Virus record (IMG/VR): IMGVR_UViG_2690316184_000004
Coordinates: 1 to 7,982 of that record
DNA: 7,982 bases
Strand: one strand, 5' to 3'
Source of the DNA: a virus
Lineage: Duplodnaviria > Heunggongvirae > Uroviricota > Caudoviricetes
A program made the translations under genes and the position numbers. Below the pieces are notes generated by a model that saw only the letters and a list, made by a program, of their open reading frames with translations, made no database searches and was not told the DNA's origin. Positions 6,255 through 7,982 of this stretch are shown here, one piece after another (positions within the stretch are counted from its first letter, which is position 1; every line of letters begins with the position of its first letter).

Positions 6255-6288
6255 TCCCCTGCTGCTTCAAGTAGATGTCTGCAGGGGA
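6255..6288. repeat. 8-bp inverted repeat TCCCCTGC / GCAGGGGA with 18-nt spacer
   Basis: TCCCCTGC (6255-6262) is the exact reverse complement of GCAGGGGA (6281-6288). No U-tract follows on either strand. Confidence 0.35.
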
Positions 6289-6681
6289 CACCAGATACCC
6301 TTCAAACGAAATCTACCTTCACCCCGTAAAAGATGGGTTTGGCAGCACACTTGCCTTATATCTACTCATTTTTACTGCAACAGGTTGAAATCTCAGCACT
6401 GTCAGAAAGCGCTGATGACTAAACAGCCCTGAGCCGGGCGATGTAACCATCACACAGAATCCTGATAGCGAAATATGGCGTGACTCGATACTTCACTCCG
6501 CAATGCATTCCTTGATGAATTCGCAGGACCGTGATACACGGGACAGGTCACTGAATGACGACAATGTCCTGGAAATCAGCGAACCGCGCATCTGAAGTAC
6601 ATTTGAGCGACTGTACCAGAACATGAATGAGGCGTTTGGATTAGGCGATTATTAGCAGGGCTAAGCATTTTACTATTATTA

Positions 6682-6725
6682 TTTTCCGGTTGAGGGATAT
6701 AGAGCTATCGACAACAACCGGAAAA
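6682..6725. repeat. 11-bp perfect inverted repeat TTTTCCGGTTG / CAACCGGAAAA with 22-nt spacer, 10 bp from the transporter stop codon
   Basis: TTTTCCGGTTG (6682-6692) and CAACCGGAAAA (6715-6725) are exact reverse complements. The T/A runs are part of the stem, not a 3' U-tract, so it is not a canonical intrinsic terminator on either strand. Confidence 0.4.
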
Positions 6726-6734
6726 AGTTTACGT

Positions 6735-7982
6735 CTATATTGCTGAAGGTACAGGCGTTTCCATAACTATTTGCTCGCGTTTTTTACTCAAGAAGAAAAT
6801 GCCAAATAGCAACATCAGGCAGACAATACCCGAAATTGCGAAGAAAACTGTCTGGTAGCCTGCGTGGTCAAAGAGTATCCCAGTCGGCGTTGAAAGCAGC
6901 ACAATCCCAAGCGAACTGGCAATTTGAAAACCAATCAGAAAGATCGTCGACGACAGGCGCTTATCAAAGTTTGCCACGCTGTATTTGAAGACGGATATGA
7001 CACAAAGTGGAACCTCAATGGCATGTAACAACTTCACTAATGAAATAATCCAGGGGTTAACGAACAGCGCGCAGGAAAGGATACGCAACGCCATAATCAC
7101 AACTCCGATAAGTAATGCATTTTTTGGCCCTACCCGATTCACAAAGAAAGGAATAATCGCCATGCACAGCGCTTCGAGTACCACCTGGAATGAGTTGAGA
7201 TAACCATACAGGCGCGTTCCTACATCGTGTGATTCGAATAAACCTGCATAAAAGACAGGAAAAAGTTGTTGATCAAAAATGTTATAGAAAGACCACGTCC
7301 CCACAATAAATATGACGAAAACCCAGAAGTTTCGATCCTTGAAAACTGCGATAAAATCCTCTTTTTTTACCCCTCCCGCATCTGCCGCTACGCACTGGTG
7401 ATCCTTATCTTTAAAACGCATGTTGATCATCATAAATACAGCGCCAAATAGCGAGACCAACCAGAAGTTGATATGGGGACTGATACTAAAAAATATGCCG
7501 GCAAAGAACGCGCCAATAGCATAGCCAAAAGATCCCCAGGCGCGCGCTGTTCCATATTCGAAATGAAAATTTCGCGCCATTTTTTCGGTGAAGCTATCAA
7601 GCAAACCGCATCCCGCCAGATACCCCAAGCCAAAAAATAGCGCCCCCGGAATTAGACCTACAGAAAAATTGCTTTGCAGTAACGGTTCATAAACGTAAAT
7701 CATAAACGGTCCGGTCAAGACCAGGATGAAACTCATACACCAGATGAGCGGTTTCTTCAGACCGAGTTTATCCTGAACGATGCCGTAGAACATCATAAAT
7801 AGAATGCTGGTAAACTGGTTGACCGAATAAAGTGTACCTAATTCCGTCCCTGTCAACCCTAGATGTCCTTTCAGCCAAATAGCGTATAACGACCACCACA
7901 GCGACCAGGAAATAAAAAAGAGAAATGAGTAACTGGATGCAAAACGATAGTACGCATTTCTGAATGGAATATTCAGTGCCAT
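6735..7982 (-). CDS. MFS transporter of the LacY-like oligosaccharide:H+ symporter family (substrate unknown)
   Basis: 415-aa ORF on the - strand with ATG at the very window edge (7980-7982), stop TAG at 6735-6737. Highly hydrophobic with about 12 predicted TM segments. N-terminal NAYYRFASSYSFLFFISWSLWWSLYAIWL parallels LacY [28 protein letters not shown]. The true start may lie beyond the window. Confidence 0.85.
   Translation of the reverse strand: MALNIPFRNAYYRFASSYSFLFFISWSLWWSLYAIWLKGHLGLTGTELGTLYSVNQFTSILFMMFYGIVQDKLGLKKPLIWCMSFILVLTGPFMIYVYEPLLQSNFSVGLIPGALFFGLGYLAGCGLLDSFTEKMARNFHFEYGTARAWGSFGYAIGAFFAGIFFSISPHINFWLVSLFGAVFMMINMRFKDKDHQCVAADAGGVKKEDFIAVFKDRNFWVFVIFIVGTWSFYNIFDQQLFPVFYAGLFESHDVGTRLYGYLNSFQVVLEALCMAIIPFFVNRVGPKNALLIGVVIMALRILSCALFVNPWIISLVKLLHAIEVPLCVISVFKYSVANFDKRLSSTIFLIGFQIASSLGIVLLSTPTGILFDHAGYQTVFFAISGIVCLMLLFGIFFLSKKREQIVMETPVPSAI

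Noticed and set aside
6206-6734. Possible integrase pseudogene or small protein-coding gene in the 529-bp spacer
   Set aside because: The + strand frames I translated by hand are stop-interrupted or lack a start, and show no resemblance to tyrosine-integrase motifs. The ORF track shows nothing of 60 aa or more on either strand. I did not translate the - strand by hand, so a - strand fragment remains untested.
6985-7633. ORFs 6985-7203 (+), 7266-7451 (+) and 7430-7633 (-) within the transporter region
   Set aside because: They are embedded in or antisense to a continuous 415-aa membrane-protein ORF with clear LacY-like features. No independent support.
1-7982. CRISPR arrays, rRNA or tRNA genes, insertion sequences
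   Set aside because: No regularly spaced direct repeats, no rRNA-like or complete tRNA-like structure, and no transposase ORF or terminal inverted repeats flanking one were seen on inspection.

Overview
This window reads as the early-left (PL-type) operon of a lambdoid, P22/lambda-like prophage from an enterobacterial genome, abutting a convergently oriented LacY-like MFS transporter. From 1 to 6205 every credible gene is on the + strand and tightly packed, with several overlapping stop/start junctions. In order: a protein with a long E/A/K/R-rich helical region; three tiny overlapping ORFs (CIII-like, Kil-like, unknown); a recombination module (Rad52/Sak-like annealing protein, SSB, HNH endonuclease, DEDDh 3'-5' exonuclease, Abc2-like protein); an accessory block of six small genes including a split Ead/Ea22 + DUF551 pair; two intrinsic-terminator hairpins; and an AlpA/Xis-like gene. 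No integrase follows the xis-like gene. Instead there is a 529-bp non-coding stretch (6206-6734) with direct and inverted repeats, then the transporter on the - strand (6735-7982). No rRNA, tRNA, CRISPR array or IS element was seen. I found no clearly novel system; the best candidates for one are the accessory block at 4064-5947 and the unusual recombination module. All family assignments are from motif recognition by eye and recalled sequences, not from any search.
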